64,000 nt of DNA from an uncultured Rikenella sp. (GCA_947627885.1 CANQXP010000002.1:8889-72888), one strand, 5' to 3'. Shown: positions 29,753 through 44,134, numbered from the stretch's first letter. The notes: generated from the sequence alone by a model not told the origin. Numbers and translations are program-made.

Positions 29753-31852
29753 TTACGGCTGTTCGAAGAGTTCCCGCAGGTTCACCGGCACGGTCACATC
29801 CCAGTTCTCCTTGGCCAGTATCTCGCGGCCCGTGGCCGGGTGCTCCCAGATGCGGATACGCTCCGGCTGGCGCCGCTGCACCAGCGAGCCGGTGTCCCAC
29901 TCCCCGTTCTTATTGCGGTCTTCGGTGATCCGCAGGCGGTACTTGTTGGCCGGCAGGTAGCGCAACTTGTAGCTCCTCCCCGGCACGGCATGCCGGATCC
30001 GCTGATAGGTCTTGCCGTCCCTGGTCTGCAATTCGAGGATATATTCGTAATCCGGCAGCAGGTCGTCCGCCCCGAGGTCGATAAACACCGTGCCGAACTT
30101 GCTGGAGTCGGCCACCTTGAAGGTGGATTGCAGCGTGTCGTTCCCCTGGAACGCGATGTTCATAAAGACGCTGTCCGGAATAAGCAGGCTGTATTCGTCG
30201 TCGGCTTTCCAGTCGGCCCGGATGGTGAGCTGCCGCCGCGTGAGGGTGTCCAACTCGACCGTGAAAGGTTCCGGGGTCTCGGTCTTCTTGCCCGGTTCGG
30301 CCACGGCGGTCTGCCGGTCGCGGCTCGGCAGCGCCGACTGCCCTTCGGAGAGCTTGGTCAGCCTGATCCGGGCCTCGTCCACCGATCGCAAAGGGTAATT
30401 GAACAGGAGCCGGATATTGTTCTCCGGATTCAGCGGATTGGCGGCCATCACCTCGAACCCGAACGGGTTTTTGACCGGCAGCTCGTCGTTCCTGCGCGGC
30501 TTGTCCGTCTGGGTGGTATCCACGTCCACCTGCTTGAACAGGGTGCTGTCGGCCAGCAGTTCGGCGTCGGTGCGTTTCGGGTCGCCGCGCCGGCGGCTGA
30601 TATGCCGGGCCATTTTGATCCATTTCTTTTGCAGCTTGGCCGCCCGTTTGGCTTTCCGCCGGGCTTCTTTCACCTGTTTGACGCTGTCGGCATAGGCGCT
30701 GTTCGACCTCGGCCGCCGGGCGTTCGGGTCGATGATGCGGTGCACGAAGGTCAGCTCCTCGGACCGCAGCTGCGGGTTCCACAGGCTGTCCTGGCTCATA
30801 TAGGTGATCTTCGCCCGGATGGTGTCTTTCAGCGCCTCGGCGTCCTCTTTGGTCGGCGGGGCGATCCAGTACCACACGGTATCACCCTTGACGCCGTTTT
30901 CGCGCGTCAACCAGGTCGAATCCAGCCCGACGGGAGCGAACGACACGATCTCGGCGGGTCGTATGGCGTTGAAAACGATCTCCAGTTTCTGCCGTTCGGG
31001 CCGGCTGTTGGTCAGGACTGTCTGCCGGCGTACGGGTTCTTCGAGGAACAGGTTGAAGCGCAGCTGGGGCGGGTCGATCTGCCGGCGCGGGCCTTTACGC
31101 CCGGTCGCGGGTTCGATCCACATGTCGAAATCGGGCATCCGGGTGGGGTTATAGACCGTGTCGAGCATGGCGACGTAGTCGGTTCCGGACTCGTACCGCT
31201 GGTTGCCGTTCTTATCGAGTATGGCGTAAACGCGGTAGTCTTTGTCTTTGAGGATGTCGGCCAGGAAGAAACCGGAGCTGTCGCTGCGGAAAATGGCGTC
31301 GGGACGGGCCTTGAACAGGGTGGAGTCGTAGGCCGCAACGGAGTCGGCTTTGGCGTCGAAAAAGAAGAGCATGGCGCCGATCACCGAGTCGCGGGTCTGC
31401 GCGTCGATGGTCAGGCCGCTCATCAATAAGGTATCCAGGTCGGGCCCGGTCGAAAAAACGAAGGCGTAGTTGCCCAGCCGGTTGCCTTCGTTGTTGTCGG
31501 CGATGGAGTTGCCGAAGTCGAGGCGGTAGGTGGTGTTGCTGTCGGGCTGCTGCTCGAAATCGACGAGTATGGAGCGTCCTTTGACACTCAGGAGCGGTTT
31601 GCTCCCGTTCGGGTTCGGGGGCGAAACGATGAACTCTTTCTGCTGGTCGCGCAGCACGACGTATTCGTTGAAGTTCAGGGCGATACGTTTGCCCTTGAAA
31701 TTAACGGCCCTCTGTGCGGGCACGGTGCTGATGATCAGCGGGGGCAACGAGTCGCGGGGGCCGCCCTGGGGCTGCGCGATGGAGGCGCACTGCACGAAAA
31801 CGGCGGCGGCCAGCAAGGCGAAAAACAAGTATCGTAACCGTATGGTTCCCAT
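29753..31852 (-). CDS. Ig-like (Big_5) domain lipoprotein
   Basis: Lipobox VQCA, PQGGPRDSLPP, FNEYV, DNNEGN, DRNKNGEWDTG. Confidence 0.8.
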   Translation of the reverse strand: MGTIRLRYLFFALLAAAVFVQCASIAQPQGGPRDSLPPLIISTVPAQRAVNFKGKRIALNFNEYVVLRDQQKEFIVSPPNPNGSKPLLSVKGRSILVDFEQQPDSNTTYRLDFGNSIADNNEGNRLGNYAFVFSTGPDLDTLLMSGLTIDAQTRDSVIGAMLFFFDAKADSVAAYDSTLFKARPDAIFRSDSSGFFLADILKDKDYRVYAILDKNGNQRYESGTDYVAMLDTVYNPTRMPDFDMWIEPATGRKGPRRQIDPPQLRFNLFLEEPVRRQTVLTNSRPERQKLEIVFNAIRPAEIVSFAPVGLDSTWLTRENGVKGDTVWYWIAPPTKEDAEALKDTIRAKITYMSQDSLWNPQLRSEELTFVHRIIDPNARRPRSNSAYADSVKQVKEARRKAKRAAKLQKKWIKMARHISRRRGDPKRTDAELLADSTLFKQVDVDTTQTDKPRRNDELPVKNPFGFEVMAANPLNPENNIRLLFNYPLRSVDEARIRLTKLSEGQSALPSRDRQTAVAEPGKKTETPEPFTVELDTLTRRQLTIRADWKADDEYSLLIPDSVFMNIAFQGNDTLQSTFKVADSSKFGTVFIDLGADDLLPDYEYILELQTRDGKTYQRIRHAVPGRSYKLRYLPANKYRLRITEDRNKNGEWDTGSLVQRRQPERIRIWEHPATGREILAKENWDVTVPVNLRELFEQP

Positions 31853-31883
31853 ATTTCCGTTCGATTATTTGTACGTACCCGCA

Positions 31884-32118
31884 TAGGTACTGTTCTCTTT
31901 GTTCACAAAGAGATCCCGTTGGGCTTCCGGGCTGAAATTATCCGTTTTCGCGGCGAGTATAGCGAGCCGCGCAGGCCGGAGCCACCCCCGGCGAAGGCCT
32001 GCAAGCAGTCCTCGCTGGCTCCGGCCTATGCAACCCAAAGCAAGTGACTGCGGAACCTGAGTAAATACAACTCGGAAGCCCAACGGGCCCGCTTTTTTTC
32101 AAAAAGCGGCAGTCCCAT
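31884..32118. repeat. Modular repeat copy (GC-rich core within shared termini)
   Basis: Reverse complement aligns along its length with 50876-51128. Confidence 0.85.
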
Positions 32119-32239
32119 ATGGCACAGTATATAATAAATCGAACAAATATAGGGATATTTTCCGGGTCGGGACATTCGGGGATTGCCACAGGCCTATAAA
32201 ACGACGAAAAAGCAAAATAATCCTACCTTTGCAGGGCAT

Positions 32240-32722
32240 ATGAACAACCAGGTCATCATATACACCGACGGCTCGTCGCTCGGCAATCCCGGTCCCGGAG
32301 GCTTCGGCGTGGTGCTGCTCGCCGGGCCTCACCGGCGCGAGATTTCGGAGGGTTACCGCCTGACCACCAACAACCGGATGGAACTGCTGGCCGTCATAAC
32401 CGGGCTGGAAGCCCTGAAGCGGGACGGCCTCGACGTGACAGTCTATTCCGATTCCAAATACGTGATCGACTCGGTGCAGAAAGGGTGGATCTACGGCTGG
32501 ATGCGCAAAGGGTTCGCCGGGAAGAAAAACGCCGATCTCTGGCGCCGTTTCATGCGCGTTTTCGGCCGCCACAACGTGCGGTTCATCTGGATCAAAGGCC
32601 ATAACAACAACATCGAGAACGAGCGGTGCGACCTGCTCGCCACCACCGCCGCCAAGGGCGAAAGGCTGCTCGAAGATACGGGCTATAAGCCGGAGGACGC
32701 GACTGCCGGTTTATCGTTGTAA
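32240..32722 (+). CDS. rnhA: Ribonuclease HI
   Basis: YTDGSSLGNPGPGG, TTNNRMEL, DSKYV, WIKGH, NERCD. Confidence 0.96.
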   Translation: MNNQVIIYTDGSSLGNPGPGGFGVVLLAGPHRREISEGYRLTTNNRMELLAVITGLEALKRDGLDVTVYSDSKYVIDSVQKGWIYGWMRKGFAGKKNADLWRRFMRVFGRHNVRFIWIKGHNNNIENERCDLLATTAAKGERLLEDTGYKPEDATAGLSL

Positions 32723-32759
32723 CACGGGGTTAGAAATCGGCTTGGGCAATTATGGCTTT

Positions 32760-32830
32760 CCGGAGCCGGCAGGGGCACTCCACGTGGTTGCGCGCCTTCG
32801 CCGGGGACGGTTCCGGCTGTCCGCTGGCGC
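32760..32830. repeat. Degenerate GC-rich repeat core
   Basis: CCGGAGCCGGCAGGGG...GCCTTCGCCGGGGACGGTTCCGGC. Confidence 0.55.
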
Positions 32831-32976
32831 GGAAACCAATTAAAAACCATACCGTTAATTGCCGAGGTTATCCATCTCGATATCAGGCTGCGGGCCTGCA
32901 TAAAAATCATACGGTTAAAAACGCTATCTTTGTTTTTCCGGCAGGCACCGACTCCGGGAGAAGCCGACATACTTAA

Positions 32977-36147
<3,171 letters not shown>

Positions 36148-36183
36148 ATAACCGGTCGCTTTTTTCAGTACCCTCATTCTTTA

Positions 36184-36655
36184 TGTTTGAGGGTACTGCT
36201 GTTTTGTTGGCTTCGCGTTGACCTTCGGTCTTCCTCGTCCACCTCGTCAAAGCAAGCGGGCTCAGGTCTCAGTAATCACTATGTATGAGACAGTTACATC
36301 CCTCACGGTGTGCCCGCGGCCATGTCGGAGGAGTACCCTCCGTTTGTCGAAAGTCCCGCCCGTTTAGAGGGCAATTCGGCTTCGTTTAGCGCAAGCTAAA
36401 CAAGCCGGAGTGCCGCGGGAGCCGTCAAATCACACACTTAAGCCGGAGCCAACGGTGCCTTCGGGCACTCCGAACGGATTGTAATTACTCTAAGTTGCAC
36501 GCCCCAGGGCAGTTGACTTTCGTGTGGTCGTTCCGGTTTCGAGGATCGATTGGTCGCTCTCGACTATTGTATCGGTCGGGCTGTGCTGCTCGCTCCGCCC
36601 ACCGCCGCAAACCTGACATGTTGTTTGCTTACCGGGATAACAGTAGACTCCAACA
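36184..36655. repeat. Long (about 470 bp) diverged member of the repeat family
   Basis: TGTTTGAGGGTACTG / CAGTAGACTCCAACA ends (12/15 inverted match); 36443-36498 matches the reverse complement of 4809-4865. Confidence 0.7.
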
Positions 36656-36670
36656 CAAAGAAAGGATAGA

Positions 36671-36722
36671 TATAAACCGAATCGGCCTGCCGGAATAATC
36701 CGGCAGGCCGATTCGGTTTATA
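36671..36722. terminator. Perfect 24-bp stem terminator downstream of nrdJ
   Basis: TATAAACCGAATCGGCCTGCCGGA-ATAA-TCCGGCAGGCCGATTCGGTTTATA. Confidence 0.8.
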
Positions 36723-36737
36723 CGGTGCAGTCGAGGA

Positions 36738-39269
36738 TCAACCACACTTCGAGTGGCCACAGTTCGTGCAGACCAGACAACCCTCCTGGTAAACCAGCGC
36801 CTCCTGTCCGCACTCCGGGCACTTCTTGCCCCCCTTCGGCTTCGTTCCGTTCGGGATATACTTGTGCAGCGCGCGCGCCACGCCGTTCTTCCACGTGTTG
36901 ATCGTATCGCTGTCCAGTCGCAGCGACGACACCAGGTTCACCACGTCGATCGGCGGCATCCCGGTACGAAGCACCCCCGATATCAATTTGGCATAGTTCC
37001 AGAACTCCTCGTCGAACAAGCGGGAGATGCCCCCCACCGTATTCACGTAGCCGTACTTATCCTTATACTGGAAATCGTACCGTTTGGAACCGTCCTTCTC
37101 GATCACCTTGATGATGTTCCCCTTCTTGATCGTCTTCGGGAAGTAGAGCGCGTCCTCGTCCACCTTACCGGTGAAGATTTCATACGGTTTGTGGTTGTAC
37201 AGCCCCACGAAAGCGATCCAGTCCTCCGGGCCGTTCTTGAACCGCACGACGTCGGCCTCCAGCGAAACCGGGCGGCTGGCCGGAATCCCGTCTTCCTCCT
37301 CTTTCTTCTTGTCTTTCTTGACCAACACCCCGGCGCGGCTGCCGTCGCGGTAAACCGTAACGCCTTTGCAACCCGACCGCCAAGCCGTCTTGTAGACCTC
37401 GTCCACCAGCGCCTCGCTCACGTCGTTCGGCAGATTGACCGTCACCGAGATCGAGTGGTCGACCCATTTCTGCATGGCCCCCTGCATCTTGACCTTGGCC
37501 ACCCAGTCGATGTCGTTCGAGGTGGCGTTGTGGTACGGCGATTCGGCCACCAGCTTATCGACCTCCTTGTCGGAGAGCTTCTTGATCTGCTCGTCGGTCA
37601 GCCCCTTGTTGACCTTGACCCAGGTCAAGAAATGGTGGTGGTACACATTATATTCCTCCCACGAATCCCCCACCTCGTCCACGAAGGTCACATTGACACT
37701 CTTGTCGCTCGGATTGACTTTGCGACGCCGTTTGTAGACCGGCAGGAACACCGGCTCGATGCCGCTCGTGGTCTGGGTCATCAACGACGTGGTCCCCGTC
37801 GGCGCGATGGTCAGCATCGCGACGTTCCGCCGCCCCTGCTTCACCATCAGGTCGTACAGCTTCGGGTCGGCCTCCTTGATGCGCAGGATCATCGGGTTCT
37901 TCTCCTCCCGTTTGGCGTCGTACATCTCGAACGCGCCGCGCTCCCCGGCCATCTCCACCGAAGCGCGGTACGCCTCTATCGCCAGCGTTTTCTGCAACTC
38001 CGCCGCAAACTCCGTGGCCTTGTCGGTGCCGTATTGCAGCCCCAAAGCCGCCAGCATATCGCCCTCGGCCGTGATCCCCAGCCCGGTGCGCCGCCCCATC
38101 GTGGCTTTGCGGCGGATCTTTTCCCACAGTTCGCGCTCGACCCTGCGTATATCTGCGTCTTCCGGGTCTTTGCTGATCTTTTCGATGATTGCCTCGACCT
38201 TCTCCAGCTCGATGTCGATGATGTCGTCCATCATGCGCATCGCCTTGCGCACATGCTTCTTGAACTTGGCGGTATCGAACTTAGCCTCTTTGGTGAAAGG
38301 CTTATCCACGTAGTTGTACAGGTTCAGCGCCAGCAGGCGGCAACTGTCATACGGACAGAGCGGGATCTCGCCGCAAGGGTTGGTCGAAACGGTACGGAAA
38401 CCGAGGTCGGCGTAGCAGTCCGGCACCGACTCGCGGATAATGGTGTCCCAGAACAGCACCCCCGGCTCGGCCGATTTCCAGGCGTTGTGCACGATCTTTT
38501 TCCACAGCGCCGCCGCGTCGATCTCACCTGAGAACATCGGGTTTTTGGAGTCGATCGGGAACTGCTGTTTGTAGGGTTTCCCGTCGATGGCCGCCTGCAT
38601 GAACTCATCGTCCACCTTGATCGAGACATTGGCCCCGGTCACTTTGCCCTGCTCCAGTTTGGCATCGATAAAGCGCTCCGCGTCGGGATGCTTGATCGAC
38701 AGCGACAGCATCAGCGCCCCCCTGCGCCCGTCCTGCGCCACCTCGCGCGTGGAGTTGGAGTAGCGTTCCATAAACGGCACGATCCCCGTAGAGGTAAGGG
38801 CGGAATTGAGCACAGGCGAGCCTGTCGGCCGGATATGCGACAGGTCGTGTCCCACGCCCCCGCGCCGCTTCATCAGCTGCACCTGCTCTTCGTCGATACG
38901 GATGATCCCGCCGTACGAGTCCGCCGGTTTCTCATGGCCGATCACGAAACAGTTCGAGATCGAGGCGATCTGGAGGTCGTTGCCGATGCCGGTCATCGGC
39001 CCGCCCTGCGGCACGGCGTATTTGAATCCGTCGAGCAGCTCGCGTATCTCGGCCTTGGTCATCGGGTTGGGATATTTCTTCTCGATCCGCGCCAGCTCCG
39101 AGGCGATACGCTCGTGCATCTGCTCGGGCGATTTTTCGTAGATCTTCCCGAACGAGTCCTTCAGGGCGTACTTGGTGACCCACACGGTGGCGGCCAGCTC
39201 GTCGCCGTCGAAGTAGTCGCGGGCGCCGGCCACAGCCTCCTCGTAGGTGTATTGTTTAAGTTCCTGCAT
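36738..39269 (-). CDS. nrdJ: Adenosylcobalamin-dependent (class II) ribonucleotide reductase
   Basis: SNCFV, TNPCGEIPL, TIAPTGTTS, GVTVYRDGSR, C-terminal Cys cluster. Confidence 0.92.
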   Translation of the reverse strand: MQELKQYTYEEAVAGARDYFDGDELAATVWVTKYALKDSFGKIYEKSPEQMHERIASELARIEKKYPNPMTKAEIRELLDGFKYAVPQGGPMTGIGNDLQIASISNCFVIGHEKPADSYGGIIRIDEEQVQLMKRRGGVGHDLSHIRPTGSPVLNSALTSTGIVPFMERYSNSTREVAQDGRRGALMLSLSIKHPDAERFIDAKLEQGKVTGANVSIKVDDEFMQAAIDGKPYKQQFPIDSKNPMFSGEIDAAALWKKIVHNAWKSAEPGVLFWDTIIRESVPDCYADLGFRTVSTNPCGEIPLCPYDSCRLLALNLYNYVDKPFTKEAKFDTAKFKKHVRKAMRMMDDIIDIELEKVEAIIEKISKDPEDADIRRVERELWEKIRRKATMGRRTGLGITAEGDMLAALGLQYGTDKATEFAAELQKTLAIEAYRASVEMAGERGAFEMYDAKREEKNPMILRIKEADPKLYDLMVKQGRRNVAMLTIAPTGTTSLMTQTTSGIEPVFLPVYKRRRKVNPSDKSVNVTFVDEVGDSWEEYNVYHHHFLTWVKVNKGLTDEQIKKLSDKEVDKLVAESPYHNATSNDIDWVAKVKMQGAMQKWVDHSISVTVNLPNDVSEALVDEVYKTAWRSGCKGVTVYRDGSRAGVLVKKDKKKEEEDGIPASRPVSLEADVVRFKNGPEDWIAFVGLYNHKPYEIFTGKVDEDALYFPKTIKKGNIIKVIEKDGSKRYDFQYKDKYGYVNTVGGISRLFDEEFWNYAKLISGVLRTGMPPIDVVNLVSSLRLDSDTINTWKNGVARALHKYIPNGTKPKGGKKCPECGQEALVYQEGCLVCTNCGHSKCG

Positions 39270-39390
39270 GGTGGTGAATATGGGACAAAAATTTTTGAAT
39301 CTTCATGCAAAGGTAATCCCTTTTTCCATGTCGGGATATACTGCCTCAAAAACTTATTAACAATTAATTAATGTCTTACCTGTCAATTCA

Positions 39391-39747
39391 TTATCCCTCT
39401 GTGATTACGCTAACTTTCTCAACCTGACCGCCTAAGGGGGGGGCCATTTTGGACACTTTCAGCCGCAGGGCGAGGATGGCGGGGAACCGCTCCCGGAGGG
39501 CTTCGGCGATGCGCCGCGAAACGTGTTCCAGCAGGCGGGATTTGATCTCCATCTGCTCGCGGACGCATTGGTACACGTCGAGGTAGCTGACGGTAGTTTC
39601 CAATTCGTCGGTCAGGGCGGCCTGCTCGCCGTCTACGTCGAAGCTGAGGTCTACGCGGAAACGGTTACCCACTACCTGCTCTTCTTCGTAATGCCCGTGG
39701 AAGGCGTAAAATTCCATATTCTCCAATTCGATGGTGGTCTTTCTCAT
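39391..39747 (-). CDS. folB: Dihydroneopterin aldolase
   Basis: FYAFHG, EEQVVGNRF, LLEHV, KVSKMAPP. Confidence 0.93.
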   Translation of the reverse strand: MRKTTIELENMEFYAFHGHYEEEQVVGNRFRVDLSFDVDGEQAALTDELETTVSYLDVYQCVREQMEIKSRLLEHVSRRIAEALRERFPAILALRLKVSKMAPPLGGQVEKVSVITEG

Positions 39748-39800
39748 CTCTTTTCCGGTTTTTATATCCTTGCAAAACTACGGCTTTTATTTGCACTGTT

Positions 39801-40042
39801 CCGCCTGGTACTGTTCTTTCTTGAAAGAAAGAACCAAAGAACTTTCGAGATAGCTACGCTACTCCTTAGTCTGCCGAAGTCCCCATCTTTGGGGCACGGT
39901 GAACGGCGGCCCTAAGCCATTATTAGTCCAAGGCCGCTGCTCCCGTGCCCCAAAACTAAGGCTGTGATAGATTTAGGATGCGAAAGCATCCTCGGAAGTC
40001 TTTTGCGGAGCTTTTCTTCAGAAAAGCGACAGTGCGGTGCGG
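39801..40042. repeat. Modular hairpin repeat, full copy
   Basis: GGTACTGTTCTTTCTTGAAAGAAAGAAC, AGCTACGCTACTCCTTAGTCTGCCGAAGTCC, TTTGGGGCACGG/CCGTGCCCCAAA stem. Confidence 0.85.
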
Positions 40043-40096
40043 GTACGTACAAAAAGCCGTATATTTGCATGATAGATAAACACGTAGAGAAAAAAA

Positions 40097-41776
40097 ATGG
40101 AAAGCACCGAAAAGCTGAATTTCATAGAAGAGATCATCGAGAAATCCATCGCCGGCGGCGAGCCCCGCGTGCAGACCCGGTTTCCGCCGGAGCCCAACGG
40201 CTACCTGCATATCGGGCATGCCAAATCCATCTGCCTCAACTTCGGGCTGGCCAAAAAATACGGCGGAAAATGCAACCTCCGCTTCGACGACACCAACCCC
40301 GTGAAGGAGGATGTGGAATACGTCGACTCCATCAAGGAAGACATCCGATGGCTGGGGTTCGAATGGGCCGAGGAGCACTACGCCTCCGACTACTTCGAAC
40401 AGCTGTACGAATGGGCTGTTGAACTGATTCAGAAAGGCTTGGCCTACGTCGACGACCAGAACCAGGAGGAGATCCGCATCGGGCGCGGGACGGTGACGCA
40501 GCCGGGCACCGATTCGCCTTACCGTAACCGTACGGTCGAAGAGAACCTGCGGCTGTTCGCCGAAATGCGCGAAGGGAAATACAAGGACGGGGAGAAAGTC
40601 CTGCGCGCCAAGATAGACATGGGCCATCCGAATATGCTGCTGCGCGACCCGCTGATGTACCGCATCATTCACACCGAACACCACCGGACGGGGAATAAGT
40701 GGTGTATTTACCCCATGTACGACTATGCCCACGGCGAGAGCGACTCGATCGAACGCATCACCCACTCGATCTGCACGCTGGAATTCGACGTACACCGGCC
40801 GCTGTACGACTGGTTCATCGAAAAGCTGGGGATTTATCCGAGCCACCAGTATGAGTTTGCGCGGCTGAACCTGACCTATACCGTGATGAGCAAGCGCAAA
40901 CTGTTGCAACTGGTCAGGGAGGGGCACGTGACGGGGTGGGACGATCCGCGGATGCCCACCATCAGCGGGCTGCGCAGGCGGGGATATACCCCGGAATCCA
41001 TCCGCATGTTCGCCGAAAAGGTAGGGGTGGCCAAGCGGGACAATATTATCGACTTAGGGCTGCTGGAGTGGTGCGTGCGCGAAGACCTGAACAAGACCGC
41101 GCAGCGACGCATGGCGGTGCTCAACCCGCTGAAAGTGGTCATCACCAACTACCCAGAAGGGCAGACCGAATACCTCGAATGCGTCAACAATCCCGAAGCC
41201 CCGGAGGCGGGCACGCGCCGCGTGCCATTCAGCCGCGAACTCTACATCGAGCGGGATGACTTCATGGAGGAGCCGCCGAAGAAATTCTTCCGGCTCAGGC
41301 CGGGGGGCGAGGTGCGCCTGCGCTACGGCTACCTGGTCAAATGCGACGAAGTTGTCAAAGACCCGGACACCGGCGAGGTGATCGAGCTGCGCTGCACATA
41401 CGACCCGCTGTCGCTGGGCGGCGGCTCGTCCGACGGGCGCAAGGTCAAGGGAATCATCCACTGGGTGTCGGCCGAACACGCCGTGCCGGCTGACGTGATG
41501 CTCTTCGACCGGCTGTTCGCGGTCGAAAGTCCCGACGACGTGCCGGAAGGGGGCTCTTTCCTCGACAACCTGAACCCGGATTCCCTGAAAGTCGTGCGGG
41601 CGCAGTGCGAACCGGCTCTTGGCGAAGCGCAGCCCGGCGAGAAATTCCAGTTCGAACGGCTGGGCTACTTCTGCGCCGACACCGGCGCCGCTGCGGACGG
41701 AAAGGGCGACTGCGTGCCGGTGTTCAACCGCACGGTGGGGCTCAAGGACTCGTGGGCCAAGATCGCGGCCAAATAA
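40097..41776 (+). CDS. glnS: Glutamine--tRNA ligase
   Basis: [30 protein letters not shown]. Confidence 0.97.
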   Translation: MESTEKLNFIEEIIEKSIAGGEPRVQTRFPPEPNGYLHIGHAKSICLNFGLAKKYGGKCNLRFDDTNPVKEDVEYVDSIKEDIRWLGFEWAEEHYASDYFEQLYEWAVELIQKGLAYVDDQNQEEIRIGRGTVTQPGTDSPYRNRTVEENLRLFAEMREGKYKDGEKVLRAKIDMGHPNMLLRDPLMYRIIHTEHHRTGNKWCIYPMYDYAHGESDSIERITHSICTLEFDVHRPLYDWFIEKLGIYPSHQYEFARLNLTYTVMSKRKLLQLVREGHVTGWDDPRMPTISGLRRRGYTPESIRMFAEKVGVAKRDNIIDLGLLEWCVREDLNKTAQRRMAVLNPLKVVITNYPEGQTEYLECVNNPEAPEAGTRRVPFSRELYIERDDFMEEPPKKFFRLRPGGEVRLRYGYLVKCDEVVKDPDTGEVIELRCTYDPLSLGGGSSDGRKVKGIIHWVSAEHAVPADVMLFDRLFAVESPDDVPEGGSFLDNLNPDSLKVVRAQCEPALGEAQPGEKFQFERLGYFCADTGAAADGKGDCVPVFNRTVGLKDSWAKIAAK

Positions 41777-41816
41777 GCAAGACCAATACCCTATTCACAT
41801 ACTCTAAAGCAACGTT

Positions 41817-43952
41817 ATGAAATTCAGACATTTGATCGCCACCCTGCTGCTGGGGGCCTTCGGCATCGCAAGCGTTTCCGCGCAGGTCGAAAACCCGGTG
41901 AGCTGGAAATTCGGCGCTTCGGGCCAGCAGGTGGAGATGATCGCCACGATCAGCGGGGCCTGGCACATGTACGACATAGGACCGTACGACGGGGGGCCCA
42001 ATGCGACGACCTTCACGTTCGACCTGCCGACCGGGGTGACCCTCGACGGCGGGATCGTGCAGGTGACCAAACCGACCCGCGTGCAGGACGAGATCTTCGG
42101 CATGGAGATCGGCTACTTCGCCAAGTCCGCTAAATTCGTGCAGAAATTCAAGGTGTCGCCGCAGCTTGCGGCTGCCGGGAAACCCATCACGATTAAAGGG
42201 AACGTGGAGTGGCAGGCCTGCGATGACGAGAGCTGCCTCCCGCCGACCGACGAGGACTTTACGGTGACCATCACCCCTGCGGCCCCGGCCGCTGCTGACA
42301 TCAACGTGCCCGCCACGCCGGACACGACGGGCGAAATGGTGGCCGATGACGCCATTATGGTGACGCCGGATTCGACAGGCGCCGCCGCCATCGCTGCGGA
42401 CAGCGTGGCCGCGCCGGGCGAGGCTTCGTTCGAAGGGTTGCAGCAGAACGAGAACAAGAGTTTCTGGAGCATCATTATCGAGGCGATCCTGTGGGGCTTT
42501 GCGGCGTTGCTGACGCCGTGCGTCTTCCCGATGGTGCCGATGACGGTGAGCTTCTTTATGAAAGGGAGCGACAACAAGGCAAAAGGGCGGATCATGGCCT
42601 CGTTCTACGGGATCTCCATCGTGGCTTTGTACACGCTTCCCATTGCGGCGATTATCCTGATCACCTATTTCGTGGGCGGGGACTCGGTGACGGCCGACAT
42701 CTTCAACTGGCTGGCCACGCACTGGCTGCCGAACATCCTGTTCTTCCTGATCTTCATGATCTTCGCCGCTTCGTTCTTCGGGGCTTTCGAGATCACGATG
42801 CCGTCGAAGCTGGTCAATAAGAGCGACTCCAAGGCGGACAAGGGGGGCTTGATCGGGGTCTTCTTTATGGCCTTGACCTTGGTGCTGGTATCGTTCTCCT
42901 GCACCGGGCCGATCGTGGGGACGGTACTGGTGAAATCGACGCAGGGGGCCATCTGGGAGCCGATCTTCACGATGCTGGCTTTCTCGGCGGCCTTCGCGCT
43001 GCCGTTCACGATCTTCGCCTTCTTCCCGTCGCTGCTCAAGAACCTGCCCAAGTCGGGCGGATGGCTCAACTCCGTCAAGGTGGTGCTGGGCTTTATCGAG
43101 CTGGCGCTGGGCCTCAAGTTCCTGAGCGTGGCCGACCAGACCTACCACTGGGGATTGCTGGATCGCGAGGTCTATATCGCCCTGTGGGTCGTGATCTTCA
43201 CCTTGCTGGGTTTCTACCTGCTGGGCAAGATCAAGTTCGCGCACGACAGCGATACGAAATACGTGAGCGTGAAACGGCTGTTCCTGTCAATCATCACCTT
43301 CTCGTTCGTGGTCTACCTGGTTCCGGGGATGTTCGGGGCGCCGCTCAAGGCGCTGAGCGGATACCTGCCGCCAATCTCGACGCTAGACTTCAACCTCGCC
43401 GCCAATAACGGGGGAGGCTCTTCCGCCGCCGGGGCCGTTTCGTCGCTCGACCGCTCGAAGATCGAGGGAGGAGCGCCGAAGTTCAGCGATTTCCTGCATT
43501 TGCCGCACGGACTGGAAGGTTTCTTCGACTATGACGAGGGGATGGAATATGCCAAAGCGGTGGGCAAGCCGGTGTTCCTCGATTTCACGGGACACGGCTG
43601 CGTGAACTGCCGCGAGATGGAGGCGAACGTGTGGAGCGACCCGACGGTGCAGAAGTTGCTGCGGGACAATTATGTGATCATCGCGCTCTACGTGGACGAC
43701 AAAAAGCAACTGCCGGAGGAGGATTGGGTGACCACGCCGGACGGCAAGGTGCGCAAGACGCTGGGCAAGATCAACGCGACGTTCCAGATCGAACGGTTCG
43801 GGATCAACGCGCAGCCGTACTACGTGCTGCTGGACAACGAGGGACAGCCGCTGGTGACGCCGCGTTCGTACGACCTGAACGTCAACGGCTTCATCAATTT
43901 CCTGGAATCGGGGCTGAAGGCTTACAAGGCGCTGCCGCAGTCGGCCAAGTAA
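41817..43952 (+). CDS. dsbD: Thiol:disulfide interchange protein DsbD
   Basis: QACDDESC, LTPCVFPM, SFSCTGP, thioredoxin-like FTGHGCVNC. Confidence 0.93.
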   Translation: MKFRHLIATLLLGAFGIASVSAQVENPVSWKFGASGQQVEMIATISGAWHMYDIGPYDGGPNATTFTFDLPTGVTLDGGIVQVTKPTRVQDEIFGMEIGYFAKSAKFVQKFKVSPQLAAAGKPITIKGNVEWQACDDESCLPPTDEDFTVTITPAAPAAADINVPATPDTTGEMVADDAIMVTPDSTGAAAIAADSVAAPGEASFEGLQQNENKSFWSIIIEAILWGFAALLTPCVFPMVPMTVSFFMKGSDNKAKGRIMASFYGISIVALYTLPIAAIILITYFVGGDSVTADIFNWLATHWLPNILFFLIFMIFAASFFGAFEITMPSKLVNKSDSKADKGGLIGVFFMALTLVLVSFSCTGPIVGTVLVKSTQGAIWEPIFTMLAFSAAFALPFTIFAFFPSLLKNLPKSGGWLNSVKVVLGFIELALGLKFLSVADQTYHWGLLDREVYIALWVVIFTLLGFYLLGKIKFAHDSDTKYVSVKRLFLSIITFSFVVYLVPGMFGAPLKALSGYLPPISTLDFNLAANNGGGSSAAGAVSSLDRSKIEGGAPKFSDFLHLPHGLEGFFDYDEGMEYAKAVGKPVFLDFTGHGCVNCREMEANVWSDPTVQKLLRDNYVIIALYVDDKKQLPEEDWVTTPDGKVRKTLGKINATFQIERFGINAQPYYVLLDNEGQPLVTPRSYDLNVNGFINFLESGLKAYKALPQSAK

Positions 43953-43973
43953 TAAGACGCCGGCGATGTATTT

Positions 43974-44023
43974 ATAAAAGAAGGGGGACACACAGAAAAA
44001 TCTGTTTGTCCCCCTTCTTTTAT
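43974..44023. terminator. Bidirectional intrinsic terminator
   Basis: ATAAAAGAAGGGGGACA/TGTCCCCCTTCTTTTAT. Confidence 0.85.
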
Positions 44024-44134
44024 TACCACCGCGTAGCATTTCAAGGGCCGGCGGCCATTTTGCAGAATTAAATACGGCGGCATTCTGCCGAAACAAGGCC
44101 CGGTAAAGAAATACCGATAAAAAGGGAAATGCCG

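Noticed and set aside
36308-36360. GTGTGCCCG...CATG...GAAAGTCCCG resembles a group IIC intron 5' end
   Set aside because: No domain V/VI and no RT ORF; it lies inside the repeat element
36753-38531. Long antisense ORFs (also 1634-3115, 24937-26538, 29738-31429, 32683-34578, 45062-46582, 47552-49096)
   Set aside because: Shadow frames of well-supported genes in GC-rich DNA, with no recognisable motifs
39270-39390. Cobalamin riboswitch upstream of nrdJ
   Set aside because: The region is short and AT-rich, with a promoter box about 40 nt from the start and no B12-box motif
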